A program made the position numbers and the translations under genes. A DNA stretch of 64,000 nt from Squalus acanthias (taxonomy: Eukaryota): positions 94,428,001 through 94,492,000 of the forward strand of contig CM059431.1 in assembly GCA_030390025.1 (NCBI GenBank), written 5' to 3'. Below the pieces are notes generated by a model. That model made no database searches. It was not told the origin of the DNA and saw nothing but the letters and a program-made list of their open reading frames with translations. Within the stretch, counting starts at the first letter, position 1; every line of letters starts with the position of its first letter. This document shows positions 39,704 to 52,736 of this stretch, one piece after another.

Positions 39704-42700
39704 GGGCTTGATTTTACTAATGGAGGCGGGTTGAGGGCGGGCTTCCTGCTGGATGGGTTTCGGACCCGCTGCCGGTTTCAGCCGCTCCCGGTGTCCCATT
39801 TTGCCTTAATTGTATCAATTAGTTCCGTCGTGCGCGCTGCCTGCTGAATTGCCTGGGAGCGGGTCTGTTGGTCTGCACTGATGAGGTCTTTGCCGCACTT
39901 GTTTTTAAGGGGTCCATGTAGCCTCAGCCTCTGATTTCTCATTACTGCTGCAGCTTGAATGGGCCAAGGTCACCATGAGTGCTGCCAAAGCCAAGGCTGC
40001 TCCCCGATTCACTGAGGAGTCCCTGCAAGCTCTTGTGGAGGGAGAAAGAGGATGCAAGCAGCTTCTGTTCTCTCCCGATGGCCGGAGGAAGCCTCTCAGC
40101 AAACAAAGGCAGCTGAGGAGGTAAGCGCTAGGTCCTTATGTACACGCACCTGGGTCCAGTGCTGAAAGCGCTTCAATGATCTTGTGCGAACATCAAAAGT
40201 GAGTATCACATCACACTTACCTTCAAACTGCTTCCCTTGACTTCTCATCACCAGCACTCTGCATTGTCAGCCTGTTCCTCCACATCCCACCTTACCTTTA
40301 CTTCCCTTGCACCCTTTGCTCTCTATCTCTCTCTCTGTACTGAATCACTTCACTAAACTACTATGCAACCCTCACACTCGCTCTCACTGTTATGCAATGA
40401 CAACAACTAACAACGCACAGGGCGGCTCCTTCCTCTTGCCACCTCACTCCATCTTGGTCTCTCTCTAAGCTTCTAGGTTTTGGATTCTTCACAGTCACTC
40501 CATCAATCTCATTGAAACTCCTACTGTGTCCCTACTTGCAGGAAAAGCTAGCTCACAATAAGAGGGAGAGAGCAAAGACAGGAGGAGGCCCACCATCCCT
40601 GGCCACATTAACAGATGCTGAGGAGGCTGCTCACGACATCGTGGGAGGTGGCGAGGAGCTGGAAGTGGGGGACGGAGAGACGGGCGCATTAGAGGAAGCT
40701 GGTGACAGAATGCATTTTCATCCCTCGCAGTTATAATTCATGATTGACTGCAATGGCATATGATGCTCATAGAGATTGACTTCTGATCATCTGCATAGAA
40801 ATATAGAAACATAGAAGATAGGAGCAGGAGTAGGTCATTCGGTCCCTCGAGCCTGTTCCACCACTTAATGAGATTATGGCTGATCATCCAAATTCAGTAC
40901 CCTGTCCCTGCTTTCTCCCCATATCCCTTGATCCCTTTAGCCTTAAGAAATATATCCAACTCCTTCTTGAATCTATTTAATGAATTGGCCTCAACTGCAT
41001 TCTGTGGAGAGAATTCCACAGGTTCACCACTCTCTGGGTGAAGAAATTTCTCCTCATTTCAGTCCTAAATGGCTTACTCCTTATCCTTAGACTGTGACCC
41101 CTGGTTCTGGACTCCCCCGCCATCGGGAACATCCTTCCTGCATCTAGTCTGTCTAGTCCTGTTAGAATTTTATAAGTTTCAATGAGATCCCCTCTCATTC
41201 TTCTAAACTCTAGCGAATACAAGCCTAATCAACCCAATCTCTCTTCATACGTCATTCCTGCCATCCCAGGTATCAGTCTAAAAGGATCAGCGCAAAAGAA
41301 TTTGTCTGCTACCTGAAAATCTGATGTCTAATTCATGCCTTTACTCTCTCACAGGTCCATCGAGAGCCACCCTCCTCAGTGTACAGGAGGAAGAGCCGGA
41401 CGAATCCTCAGAGGAACCTGCAGCCTCTGAGGGAGCAATGTCATCAGGACTCAGTGCACCCAGCACCAGTGCAGCAACGCACACCTTGGCGGGGCCTTCG
41501 CGACATAGAGTAGTGTTGTCACCTGGTGTATCACAGCTCACAAGTGAGCATCAGCAGATGCTGGAGACAGCGACAGCAGTGGAGAGTCCTCGTCGGAGGT
41601 CGCAGGACCCTCCTAGCTCTGCTCAGCTGCATGTAGACGCTGTGCCTCTGGGGCCATCCAGAAAGAGAGCGGTGCTGGAACTCCAGGAACAAGTGCAGGA
41701 GTCTGACAGGGTTTGCATCCAGGGTAACTGCGAGTGTGGAGAGAATGGAGGAGTCCAACTCTAACATGAGCACTGCCTTTGTGGACGCAATGGCGCATGA
41801 ACGTGCCGTCATGGAGAGGGTGGCAACCTCCATGGAGGACATAAGTCGCCAGACTAACGAAAACATGGTGACTCTTCAAAATAGATTGTCTGCAATGGAG
41901 GAGAGATGGGCATCTTTTGAGGAGAGACACCAGAGCTTCATGGATGTCCTTGTTATGAGGACTGCCAGTACAGAGACGGGTCCTCATGGCCCCCCTGATG
42001 TGCAGCAAGGTGCTCTCCAGCCACTTGCTAGCACTGAAGTGTGGCTGACCCATGAGAGGGATGTTGGTGGCAGGCAACAAGGAAGTGTGGGCTCCTCTCC
42101 AAGCGCTCACACGACTATGCCACTGCGGAGCCCTCGGTCAGAGCCCCAGATTCCACACTAAACTGAGATGGCCGTCTCAGCCCCTGCACAGCTGCAGGAA
42201 GAGCAGACTGTGGCGGAGCCCTCCCAGGCTCCCAAACCCAGAGGACACCTGCCAAAGGCGTCTAGGAAGGCGCAGCATCAAAGGGAGCAAGGTGCCTCTA
42301 CATCTGCTGAAGCCACAGGGGAAGCACCACGTAGAAGCACGTGTAAGAGGAAGTTAACATACAAATAGTCACAAGGGTAATCACATGGGTGTTTTATTGA
42401 GCTGTAAATTATCAAGTGTCCTCCTTTTATGATGTCATTAAACAAAAGTGATGTCAAGCAGTTGAGGTTCTGGTCTATGTGTTCTGGGAAATGGAAGTTG
42501 CACAGTGAGGGCTCAGGGCTAATTCCATTTATAATGATGGTGGTGACAGTGATCGGAAAGCACCGTTTATTGGATAGATGATGTATGGTGTGTTAAGAAT
42601 CTTGACCTTATCTTCATCTCCATCTGCCAGCCACCTGTGTTTGAAGTGTAAGCTCATGTGAATCTGGCATGGATGAGTGCATCCCTTGCCTGACGGCCAG

Positions 42701-43430
42701 CAATGTGGTCGCCTGCTGCTGGATTGACCACATACAGCCCCACAAGGCGTCACTCCCCGCCCTCCTCCTCGTCCTCTTCCTCATCCTCTTCATCTTCCTC
42801 CAAGGATGCTCTGTGCTGAGCCACTTGTTCATCCGGCAGCACTAAGCCGCGCTGCTCTTCCTCCGAATCTGATGACCAGGATGAGATGATGTAAATGGTT
42901 CCCATCCCATTGTTATAGATTTCAGTTGAGGCAAGAAGCTTGCCAGCGCACACTCATAGTGGCCTGAAATTATTCCCAATCAGTTCAAACAGCAGCTGTG
43001 TGTCAGCTTGACCAGTCACAAGGTCAGTAGATTTGCAAAATCTTATCCCAAACCTCCAACAACAAAGTTGTTGCATTTGAATGCCAGCCATGTTACAGGA
43101 GCGCCTTTAAAGTTCTGCACCAATAATGACTACAGATCATGTCCTCAATCAACTCGTGTCCTTGCAGCAGGACTGTTTCTGACACGACGGGAAACAGGAG
43201 CCAGAGGCACGAAAATGGGAAACCTCTGTCAAAATAGGATTATCAAGGCAGTTAACAGGCTCTTAACTGCCTGTTGGATTCGGGTCAGTTTGGGGGCAGC
43301 TGAACAGACACTCACGAAAATCGCGTGGGGGTGGGATGGAGGCAGGTTGGGTGTCTGAAGCCATTTTTTCCGATTTTAGCAGCTAATACACCTCCAAACC
43401 CACCTCCTCAGGGCTGTTAAAATCAAGCTC
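39704..43430 (+). mobile_element. Harbinger deletion derivative: Myb gene retained (39975-42368, degenerate), transposase core deleted
   Basis: TIR GGGCTTGATTTTA/TAAAATCAAGCTC; TSD aga; RFTEESLQALV..RTWVQC*KRFNDL; EKLAHNKRER; transposase N- and C-termini fused at ~42855. Confidence 0.85.
40795..41280 (-). mobile_element. 5'-truncated CR1 3' end in the Myb intron
   Basis: YSLEFRRMRGDLIETYKI; (TTTCTATG)-like tail. Confidence 0.9.
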
Positions 43431-44110
43431 AGAGAGTTAGCATGCAAGCAATTAGGAAGGCAAATGGCATGTTGGCCTTTATTGCAAGCGGGTTGGAGTA
43501 ATGAGTAAGGAAGTCTTACTACAATTGTACAGGGCTTTGGTGATTTCGCACCTGGAGTACTGTGCACAGTTTTGGTTTTCTTATCTAAGGAAGGATATAT
43601 CTACCTTAGAGGGGGTGCAACAAAGGTTCACTGGATTGATTCCTGGGATGAAAGGGTTGTCCTATGAGGAAAGATTGAGCAGACCGAGCCTATACCCTCT
43701 GGAGTTTAGAAGAATGAGAGATGATCTCATTGAAAGATATAAGATTGTGAGGTGGATTGACAGGGTAGATGCTGAGAGGTTGTTTCCCCTGGCTGGAGAG
43801 TCTAGAACTAGGGGCATGGTCTCAGGATAAGGGGTCGGCCATTTAAGACTGAGATAAGGAGGAATTTCTTCACTCAGAGGGTGGTGAATCTTTGGAATTC
43901 TCTACCCCATAGGACTTTGAATACTGAATCGTTGAGTATATTCAGGCTCGATAGATTTTTGGACTCTAGGAGAATCAAGGGATGTGGAGATCGGGCAGGA
44001 AAGTGGAGTTGAAGTCGAGGATCAGCCATGATCTTATTGAATGACGGAGCAGGCTTGAGGGGCCGTATGGCTACTCCTGCTCCCTATTCTTATGTTCTTA
44101 TGTTCTTATG

Positions 44111-46020
44111 ACAACATTCCTACTCCCACCACTGCAACTCTGTCATTACCCTTGCCGCTGCCTATCAGCCAGCCAGCCCAGACTGCTGCCGCCTATGCCG
44201 AGGTGGTGCAGTCCACAGCCAGGCATTCTAGGTCCAGAGCTGCTCGAGGTTATCGTGCAAGGTCATCTGTAGTCTCCTCCACTGTAAGTCAGCAGCCTTC
44301 CACCAGCCATGCTGCAGCCACTGAGGGAGCACTGCCTATGAGCACTAGAGTAGGTAAAGGCACACGAATGACAGACACCAATGGAATGCACACGGGTGAT
44401 TAGCTGATACTGTCATTTTGATTGCATTTGGATAAATTTATGAATTTTGTTTGGAATGTGTGTTTTGTGATGGCTCTCATTTCAGCATGGTGCCCAGGAG
44501 GACTCTGTGATGTTCTGTGACAGAGGGATGGTATGATGGGGAAGTGTTGAGCAACAGGGATCTGGAGTTTCATTCACTGGAATCGGAGTCTGATGAGGCG
44601 TTTGCAGACAGCCCGTTGGAATGGGGATTTGCTGCCTGCCTCTTTCCTCCCTCCTCCTCTTCCTCTTCCTCCTCCCCATCCTCATCTTCATCCTCTTCCT
44701 CTTCCTCCTCCTCTCCCTCCTCCTCCTCCTGAAGTGGTCCCGCAATCCCTGCTGGCAACGGCTGTGCCTTCATGATGGCCAAGTTATGGAGCATGCAGCA
44801 GACCACCACAAAATGAGACTCCCGCTCTGGCAAGTACTGGAGGGCTCCTCCCGAGTGGTCAAGGCAGCGGAACCGTTGCTTGAGCACCTCAATGGTCTGC
44901 TCAATGACGATGAGCGTTGTGCACGTGTGGTGAGATTGCAGAGGAGAGTCATCAGCTAGGTGCAGAGCAAATAGCCCTTATCGCTGAAAAACCACCCTCG
45001 GGTTTGACATGGTAGCTGGAAGATTGCTGGCACACCGGACTGACACAGGATGAAGGCCTCATGACTGCTGCCAGGATACCGGGCATTTAACATCATGATG
45101 CGCTGGGCGTGGTCGCACAACAACTGCATATTAGTTGAGTGGTAGCTTTTGCGGTTATGGAACATCTCAGGGTTAGTATACGGTGCCCGCAAAGCCACAT
45201 GTGTGCAGTTGATAGCGTCCTGCACCATGGGGAAGCCCGTTATCCTGGCAAAGCCACATGCGTGCTCATCCTGCTTCTCTCTGCTCAGAGAGGTGACAAT
45301 GAAGTCCTTCTCCTGGAGTAGAGAGCCTCAGTGACCTCCCGGATGCAGCGATGGATGGCAAACTGGGAGATGTTAGCTATGTCTCCTGCTGCAGACTGGA
45401 AGGATTCGCTGGCGGAGAAATTGAGGGCCACGGTGACCTTGAGGCCCACTGGGAGGGCTGTGGTCACCCTGCTCTGAGGCTGCAGGTCTGGTTGCAGGAG
45501 GTGGCAGAGTTTTGTGACCACCTCCTTGGTGAAGTGGAGCTTCCTAATACGCTGCTCCTCGCTTAAGTGAAGGTAAGAGAAGGGGTCTTGGAAGACCCTA
45601 AATGGGTAAGGCCTCCTGCTGAGAGCACTCCTACCCCTCCTCCTCCTCCCTCTGTGAGCATATTCTCCTCTTCTTCGCTGACCCACTCCCTCTCCCAAAG
45701 ATACTTGAGTGCGAGGGGGACTGCCAATAGAGCCCCCATGATTGTGAACAAATGGTGTGAACAGAAGCCTTTAAATGAGAAGCAAGCTGTTCTCGACTTG
45801 TAGCAACACTCCCTGTGGACCAGCAACTTTTAACAAGTTTAGAAAGCTGCAAGAGTTGCAGAAGCTTAGACAGAGCCAGTAAAACTAAGAAACCATGGAA
45901 GTTGTTGTTGATGATCCCTTTAAATAGCACTGCTGGGGGCTCCTTCCTGCTGCTCAATGCTTCGTCAGCTGGTCGTGATTAAGAAAGGGCAGTAAGTGGA
46001 CGGCGATGTTGAAAATAGCA
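44111..46020 (-). mobile_element. Degenerate Harbinger fragment (Myb 3' end on +, transposase 44482-45738 on -)
   Basis: MLKQRFRCLDHSGGALQY..CCMLHN; VQDAINCTHV; FTKEVVTKLCHLLQPDL; no TIRs found. Confidence 0.85.
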
Positions 46021-46794
46021 GATCCCTCATTCTAGTTATCATTAAAGTCTATTCTGTATATTACACAATAAAGTGTCTTGTGCTTACTCGAAGCGTGTTG
46101 TTGTGAACCATAGAAAGAAGGAGGTTGATGCTAACATTATCATGTCCTGTCACCTTCAAATATTTGTGTACAAACACCGCCAGGTCTCTCTGTTCTTGCA
46201 CCCATTTTAAAATTGTACCATTTAGCTTGTATTGTCTCCCCTCATTCTTCCTACTAAAATGTATCACCTCACTTTTCTGCATTGAATTTCATCTGCCATG
46301 TGTCTGCCCATTCCACAAGCCTGTTTATGTCCTCTTGAAGTCTACTACGATCTTCCTCACTGTTTATTACACAAGTTTCATGTCATTTGCAAATTTCAAA
46401 ATTGTGCCCTCTACCCCTAAGTCCAAGTCATTAATGTCTATTAAAAGCAGCAGTGGTCCTAGTACTGAACCCTGGGGAACACCACTGTAAACTTCCCTCC
46501 AGTACGAAAAACAGCCATTCACCATAACTCTCTGTTTTCTATCCCTTAACCAATTTTGTATCCATGCTGCTACTGCCCCTTTTGTCCTATGGGCTTCAAT
46601 TTTGCTAACAAGCCTATGACATGGTATTTTATCAAACACCTTTTGAAAGTCCGTATACACAACATCAACCACACTACCCTCATCCACCTCATCGAAAAAC
46701 TCAATCAAGTTATTCAAACACAAAATTAAAACGGAAAATGTTGGAAATACTCAGCAGGTCAGGCAGCATCTGTGGAGAGAGAAACAGAGTTAAC

Positions 46795-49569
46795 GGGCTC
46801 GATTTTAATAGCACTGAGGAGGCGGGTTTGGAGACGGGTTGGCAGCGAAAATCGAAAAAAATGGCTTCAGACTGCCAACTCGCCTCCATCCCGCCCACCC
46901 CCACCCCACCCGATTTTCGTGAGTGTCTGTTCAGCCGCTCCCAAACAGCCTGTTAACTGCCTGTCTAATCCTATTTTTATAGTGGTTTCCCATTTTCGTG
47001 CCTCTGGCTCCTGTTTCCCATCTTGTCAGAAACAGGCCAGGTTCAAGGAGACGAGTCGCTGGAGGACATGATTTGTAGTCATTGGTGCAGCACATCAAAA
47101 GCGCTCCTGTAACATGGCTGACATTCAAATGCAACAATTTTGTCGTTGGAGGTTTGGGATAAGATTTTGCAAATCTACTGACCTTGTGACTGTTCAAGCT
47201 GACAGCCATCTGCAGTGTGACCTGATTGGAATAATTTCAGGCCACTTCTAGTGTGTGCTTGAAAGCTACTTGCCTCAAGTGAAATCTATAGCAACGGGAT
47301 GGGAAACATTTACATCCTCTCATCCTGGTCATCAGATACTGAGGAAGAGCAGCCGCGGCAGCACCACAACCAGCCACAACAGCAGCACCAGCACCAGGAG
47401 CGCCAACCTCCTCCTCACCCACCTGATGATGTACAGGACGGAGGGCCTCAGCGCAGGGCTGCACCTCACTGCTGGAGATACCCCCAACATAGGGTTTACA
47501 GGCAGAGGATCAGCTTCCTCAGCATGACTGAGCAGCAGTGCCAAAGGAGGCTGAGACTTTCGAGAGATGTAGTCGCTGACATCTGCGCAATGCTGCACCA
47601 ACACCTGGAGCCCAGAGGAGCATGTGGACACTCCTTACCAGTTGCTGTCAAAGACACCACCGCACTCAACTTATTTGCTTCGGGCTCCTCCAGGGATCAG
47701 CTGCAGACATCAGCGGCATCTCCCAGTCGGCCGCACACACCTGCATCACGCAGGTCACCGATACCCTCTTTGCAAAGGCGCACAATTGCATCCACTTCTC
47801 CATGGATTGCCCAAGTGTGACGGCACATGTGGTTGGCTTTGCCAATATGGCAGGCTTGCCAATGGTGCAGGGTGTCATCGACCCCTATCACAACCCAACA
47901 GTATTTGTCAACCGCAAGGGCTTCCACTCCCTGAACGTCCAGCTGGTGTGTAACCACAGGAAGATCATCATGCACGTTTGCGCAAAGTACCCTGGCAGTT
48001 GCCATGACTCCTTCATCCTGCGCCAGTCTACTGTGCCTCAGCTCTTCCATCTGCCGGATGGCTTCTTGGCGACAAGGGCTATCCCCTGAAAAAGTGGCTT
48101 ATGACACCGATGAGGAGGCCATCAAACGATGCTGAGGAGCGGTACAATTTGAGCCACATATCCACCAGAAGCATCATCGAACAAACCATCGGCTTGCTCA
48201 AAATGCGCTTCCGATGCCTAGTCAGATCTGGAGGAGCCTTGCAGTATGCACCAGCCAGGGTGTCCAGAATCGTCGTGGTCTGCTGTGCCCTGCACAACAT
48301 TGCACAGCAGCACAGTTTAGTGCTGCCGCATGAACAAGTGGCTCAGCACACAGCCTCCTCGGAGGAAGAGGAAGAGGACGAGGAAGAGGATGAGGAAGAG
48401 GATGAGGAAGAGGATGAGGAGGAGGACGGGAAGTGATGCCTTGCGGGGCTGGATGTGGCCAATCCAGCAGCAGGTGACCACATTGCTGGCCGTCAGGCAA
48501 GGGATGCACTCATCCATGCCAGATTTGTGTAAGCTTACGCTTCAACCACAGGTGGCTGGCACATGGAGATGAATATAAGTCCGACATCCTCAAAACCCCA
48601 GGCATCATCTGTCTACTAAAGCGATCAGTGTCACCACCAACATTCTACATGGCATTTGCCCTGAGGCCTCACTCTTGAAATTCCATTTCCCAGAACACAG
48701 AGGCCACACTTTAGATCATTAAACCTTTTTCGACACTGAACCCATGTACGTCTGCACACAGACCTCGAACTCAACTCCTCAGCAATTTGCAGCCAAGCTG
48801 CCTTGGTTTGCTGAGGAGGCCTCCTCCTTCTGTTTCCACGGAAGAGGACCTCCTGACGTCCTCTAACTCCCTCCACAAGAGCATGGAGGGAGCCCTCATT
48901 GAACCTGGACGAAAATGAGAAGTCGCACAACACCAGGTTATAGTCCAACAGTTTTATTTGAAATCACGAGCTTTCGGAGCGCTGCTCTTTCGTCTTGACC
49001 TGACGAAGGAGCAGCGCTCCGAAAGCTCGTGGTTTCAAATAAAACTGTTGGACTATAACCTGGTGTTGTGCGACTTCTCATTTTTGTCCACCTCAGTCCA
49101 ACACCTGCATCTCCGCATCATTGAACCTGGGTGCAGCCTTAGTTTTTGGTGCTGCCATTCCTGCAGCAGCCAGCACCTTTAAGAGAAAAAAGCATTAATT
49201 TTACTCAGCCAATGATTGAAACACATGTGAAATATTTTTCATTTCTTAGTCACATACTACATTGATAGATTAAAAAATCATAAATGTCTTTCTGGAATAA
49301 TATTTCTAGATAAACAGAACCAAGCCATTCCAGTTACATTTTTTGCAAAGGGGACATGGCCCCTTTAAATTTTTACTCCAAAAACGCATCATCAGAGGCG
49401 AGAAACAGACACGCTCCAAGCAATTGCCTGGAAGGACCCGCACACCGGCTGTAACAAGGCCAATCAGGCAAAAATCGGAACTGCGGGCCGGCGGCATCTG
49501 AGAGCAGGTCTGAAAGCTGCCGAGCAGCGGGCCCGCCCACAACCCGCCTCCTCTATACAAATCCAGCCC
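46795..49569 (+). mobile_element. Harbinger with degenerate transposase (47299-48530) and truncated Myb
   Basis: TIR GGGCTCGATTT/AAATCCAGCCC; TSD aac/aat; [43 protein letters not shown] on -. Confidence 0.9.
48909..49117 (+). mobile_element. Palindromic Penelope-like insertion with hammerhead ribozyme core
   Basis: ~88-bp inverted arms 48907-48994/49002-49089; CTGACGA-A-GGAGC/GCTCC-GAAA at 49000-49024; 13-bp TSD tcattgaacctgg. Confidence 0.85.
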
Positions 49570-49988
49570 AATGTTTCAGTTCGATGCCCTTTCATCAGAA
49601 CACAATTTGCCCTTAACAAACCAGTGCTGGCTCTCCTTTACCTGGTCCATGCTTGCCCAAGTGGCTGTTAACTTTCTCCTGGATTATTGTTTCTAAAAGC
49701 TTCCCCACCAACGATGTTAAACTATAATTGCCAGGTTTATCCTCCGCCCCCTTTTTGAACAAGGGTGCAACATTTGCAATCCTCCTGTCTTCTGGCACCA
49801 GCCCTGTATCTAAGGAGGATTGGAAGATTGTGGCCAGCACCTCCGCAATTTCTACCCTTACTTCCCTCAGCAACCGAGGATGCATCCCAACCAGACTGGG
49901 TGACTTAAAGTACTGCCAGCCTTTCCAGTTCCTCCTCTGTATCTATTTTTATCTCATCCAGTATCCTGGCAACCTCATAGTTTACTGC

Positions 49989-51272
49989 TGCAGGATTCAC
50001 AAAATTCCGGGACCTCCTACTTAATGGACATGTGTCTAGAATTTAAAAGGGGGCTGTGTTGGACCTCTTGGAGGAGAAATGTGGACAGAAATATCTCACT
50101 ATCAGGCGCCTTTGGACTAAACTAGGGCCTATTGGATTGAGTTTGGACATTTTAAATTATATGCCGGGTCTGCACAGGAAAATGGGAATCCTTATAGGGC
50201 TGCTAACCCACCTGGGAGGCAGGCCCCCAGGGAGACATTAGCAGTCTAACAAAAGCCCACTTACCAGGGACCCAGAGACATAAATATTTTAATGGTTCTT
50301 AAAACGGCTATCCAGAAAAACCCTGGCATCAGCAAAACACACAATGGACAGTATCAAGACCTGATTACATTCTAACAGCACCATTCAAAAACCCCATCAA
50401 CACCTTTGGGAATCTTGTATCATGCTAATGCCCAATCAGCCCACCAACATTCTCACAAAGGGATCACATCAGAGTTGATCAGCCTGCCAAAATCGCACAA
50501 AAGGGAGTCATCTAGAATCAATTGTGCACCCGAGTTTTGGCGCAAAAGTTTAAGCAGCCTCTCGGGTATAACTGGGGGCTTGCTAGTAGCCAACGAGTAC
50601 CTGAACAGACGGGCTGAAGGGAGAGAGTGCCGGCAGCAGCAGCAGCAGCAGCAGCACACCGGAGCAGAAGAAACGTACCCGAGAACACGCTGGAAAGGCA
50701 CTTGGACTCTGGGCTTTTTGACTCTGGCTTTGAAACATCTAACTTGCCACACGAGGTTACAGCAACGCAACAAGAAAACCTAACAAGAAGCCTCGGAGTC
50801 ACTGAAAGATCAACCATCATCCAGCGCTGACTCTAGGAAAAACTTGTTTCCCATCAAATCGTCGACCAGTGCTAATACCGAAGACACCGCAAACAGCCAA
50901 GGAGTCCACAAGATTGAGGAGAGGGAAAGCAGTGTGCAACTGGTCTAAACTGTGGAGAAATCCTTTGCTGAGCATAGTCCCTGTAATTTCAGAGCCTAAC
51001 TTAGTTAGTGTAGTGGTGGGAGGTGGTTTTATTTTGTTTTGTTTTTTTTCCTCTCACTGCATAACCTCTGTACCTGTTGCGCAGGAGGTTTTGTTTATAG
51101 TTAATTCATGTGGTGTGCCATTTCTAAATGAAATATTTGTTCTTGCACCAAACAATTGTCTGCCGACATCTATCACATCCCCCAAATAATTCCAAGCTCC
51201 AGAACCAGGGAGTGGGACGATTCGAACCGTCAAGGACATTGTAAAAGGCCGACAAACCCACCACCCCCTACA
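49989..51272 (+). repeat. 5' LTR (family 1, ~1284 bp)
   Basis: TGCAGG...CCTACA followed by PBS; CAG tract at 50633-50655; polyA-like aatgaa at 51127. Confidence 0.88.
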
Positions 51273-51275
51273 TAA

Positions 51276-51293
51276 TGGCGAGCCAGGTAGGAG
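51276..51293 (+). promoter_or_regulatory. Primer-binding site, tRNA-Arg(ACG)-like
   Basis: TGGCGAGCCAGGTAGGAG matches 16/18 to the complement of the vertebrate tRNA-Arg 3' end CTCCTGGCTGGCTCGCCA (from memory), 3 nt after LTR CA. Confidence 0.8.
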
Positions 51294-52736
51294 CTTGGTA
51301 CAAAGGATGTGAGGATGTAGACTCGGTTCTGGTGGAAAGAACAAAAATGGAGGAAAGAATCTCCGAATATGTATTTAAGAAAGTAAATATTACCAAAAAG
51401 TGGGTCATAAGCCTGTTACGGGCTGAGCGTCCGGTGGACGCAGCTGCTAAGTGGACCGAGAGCAAGGACCATAAAAGGCCAATAGAGAAGGCTATTTGGT
51501 TGGTCTGCTACCAAAGACAGATCCAGTTGCTGGATAGGAAGGTCAAGAAATTGGTAGCAGAGCTCCGGGAATCCGAAGAGCGCTCAGCCGTAAGGGCTAT
51601 GGCAGGGGAGAAAATGTTTGAGGAATTAACTAAACAAAAGCATATCAGATTACAGCTAGAAGAGACCCACAGGAATAAGCAGGACTATTTCCAATGCCAA
51701 GTAACAGAGGCAAAGGGGAATGAGCTAGCGCTGCGGGGGGAAAATGCCTGCCTAACAAAAGTAATAAGAGAACAGGAGGAGAGGATACGGGATGCGCAGG
51801 CAGCCTATAAAGTAGCCAGTAGCAAGGGCTTTGGGGTGGAGGATCACGGGCCCTGTGAGGCCAAGATAAAAGGTTTAACCCAGGCCCTATCTAATGCTAA
51901 GGGGATGGTATGCCTGATAAGCCCAAGCGCTCCTAAGGGAGACATGCAGGAGCAAGGGGGAGTAGAGGGGGATAGAGTGGCAGAAAGGGACGTCCAACCA
52001 CCACCTGTAGCCCTACTGAGGTTAGTCCTGGCAGTATAGAGAGAGCACGGCACCGAGGAAATACAAGGGGTGTCAGGACCGGGGCCGATGTGCCCAATCC
52101 GACAACAAAAGTATGGTGCCAGCAACGCTTGTAAGGCTTCCAAAATTTGCAGATCCCCAAAACCTAAGGAAATAGGACTTTGGAACTACCTCAGTGATAA
52201 AAATGCATTTGGGCCTAACCTAAGAGACTGTAAGACCAAAAACCAAGTTTTGGCATTTTAAAAGCATGTCTGGGCCTGTGAAGGGAGAAAAGGCTGTGAA
52301 GGAAGTTGGGCTCGACCTCTGCAAACGCAGTTTTGGGTATTGCAGTTAAATTGCATTTCTTGGGGAATCGGGATGACCTCACTCAAGCCCCAGCAAGCAT
52401 TAACATTTTGACAATAGACCCTAGGAGGAGACAGCCCCACCCAAAACAACAGGTCCCATCAAACCGATTACAGAACCCATTAAAGACATGCATAAAGCAA
52501 ATATTCGATCGCAGTCCTAGACCCAGTCAAGAAACCCAACACATGAGGACAATTCAAACTCCGATTAAACAACAGATCGACAGGATGGAGCTATTTTGAA
52601 ACCACTTCACACATTTACAAAACCAGTTAACACGCTAGTAAAGTCGTTACTGTTAACGAGGTCTTACAATGACCGGGATTTGATTTTGTGTTGATAAGGC
52701 CACTTCAATTCAGTATAATTGAAGGCCCATCAAGCA

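Larger units (their letters stand above)
36415..44110 (+). mobile_element. CR1 LINE ORF2 (APE end to RT to 3' (TTCTTATG)n tail), interrupted by three DNA elements
   Basis: ILDLVL..KSDH; WKVANVTPLFKKG; SQHGFMKG..YLDFQKAFDKV; LEFRRMR; tail at 44087-44110. Confidence 0.92.
46718..49600 (-). mobile_element. Penelope-like pLTR (46718-46794 and 49570-49600) split by a Harbinger
   Basis: Minus-strand CTGATGAAAGGGCATCGAACTGAAAC|GTTAACTCTGTTTCTCTCTCCACAGATGCTGCC. Confidence 0.8.

Noticed and set aside
46030..46142. Possible 3' fragment of another LTR (aataaa..ttatca)
   Set aside because: No partner end or TSD identifiable
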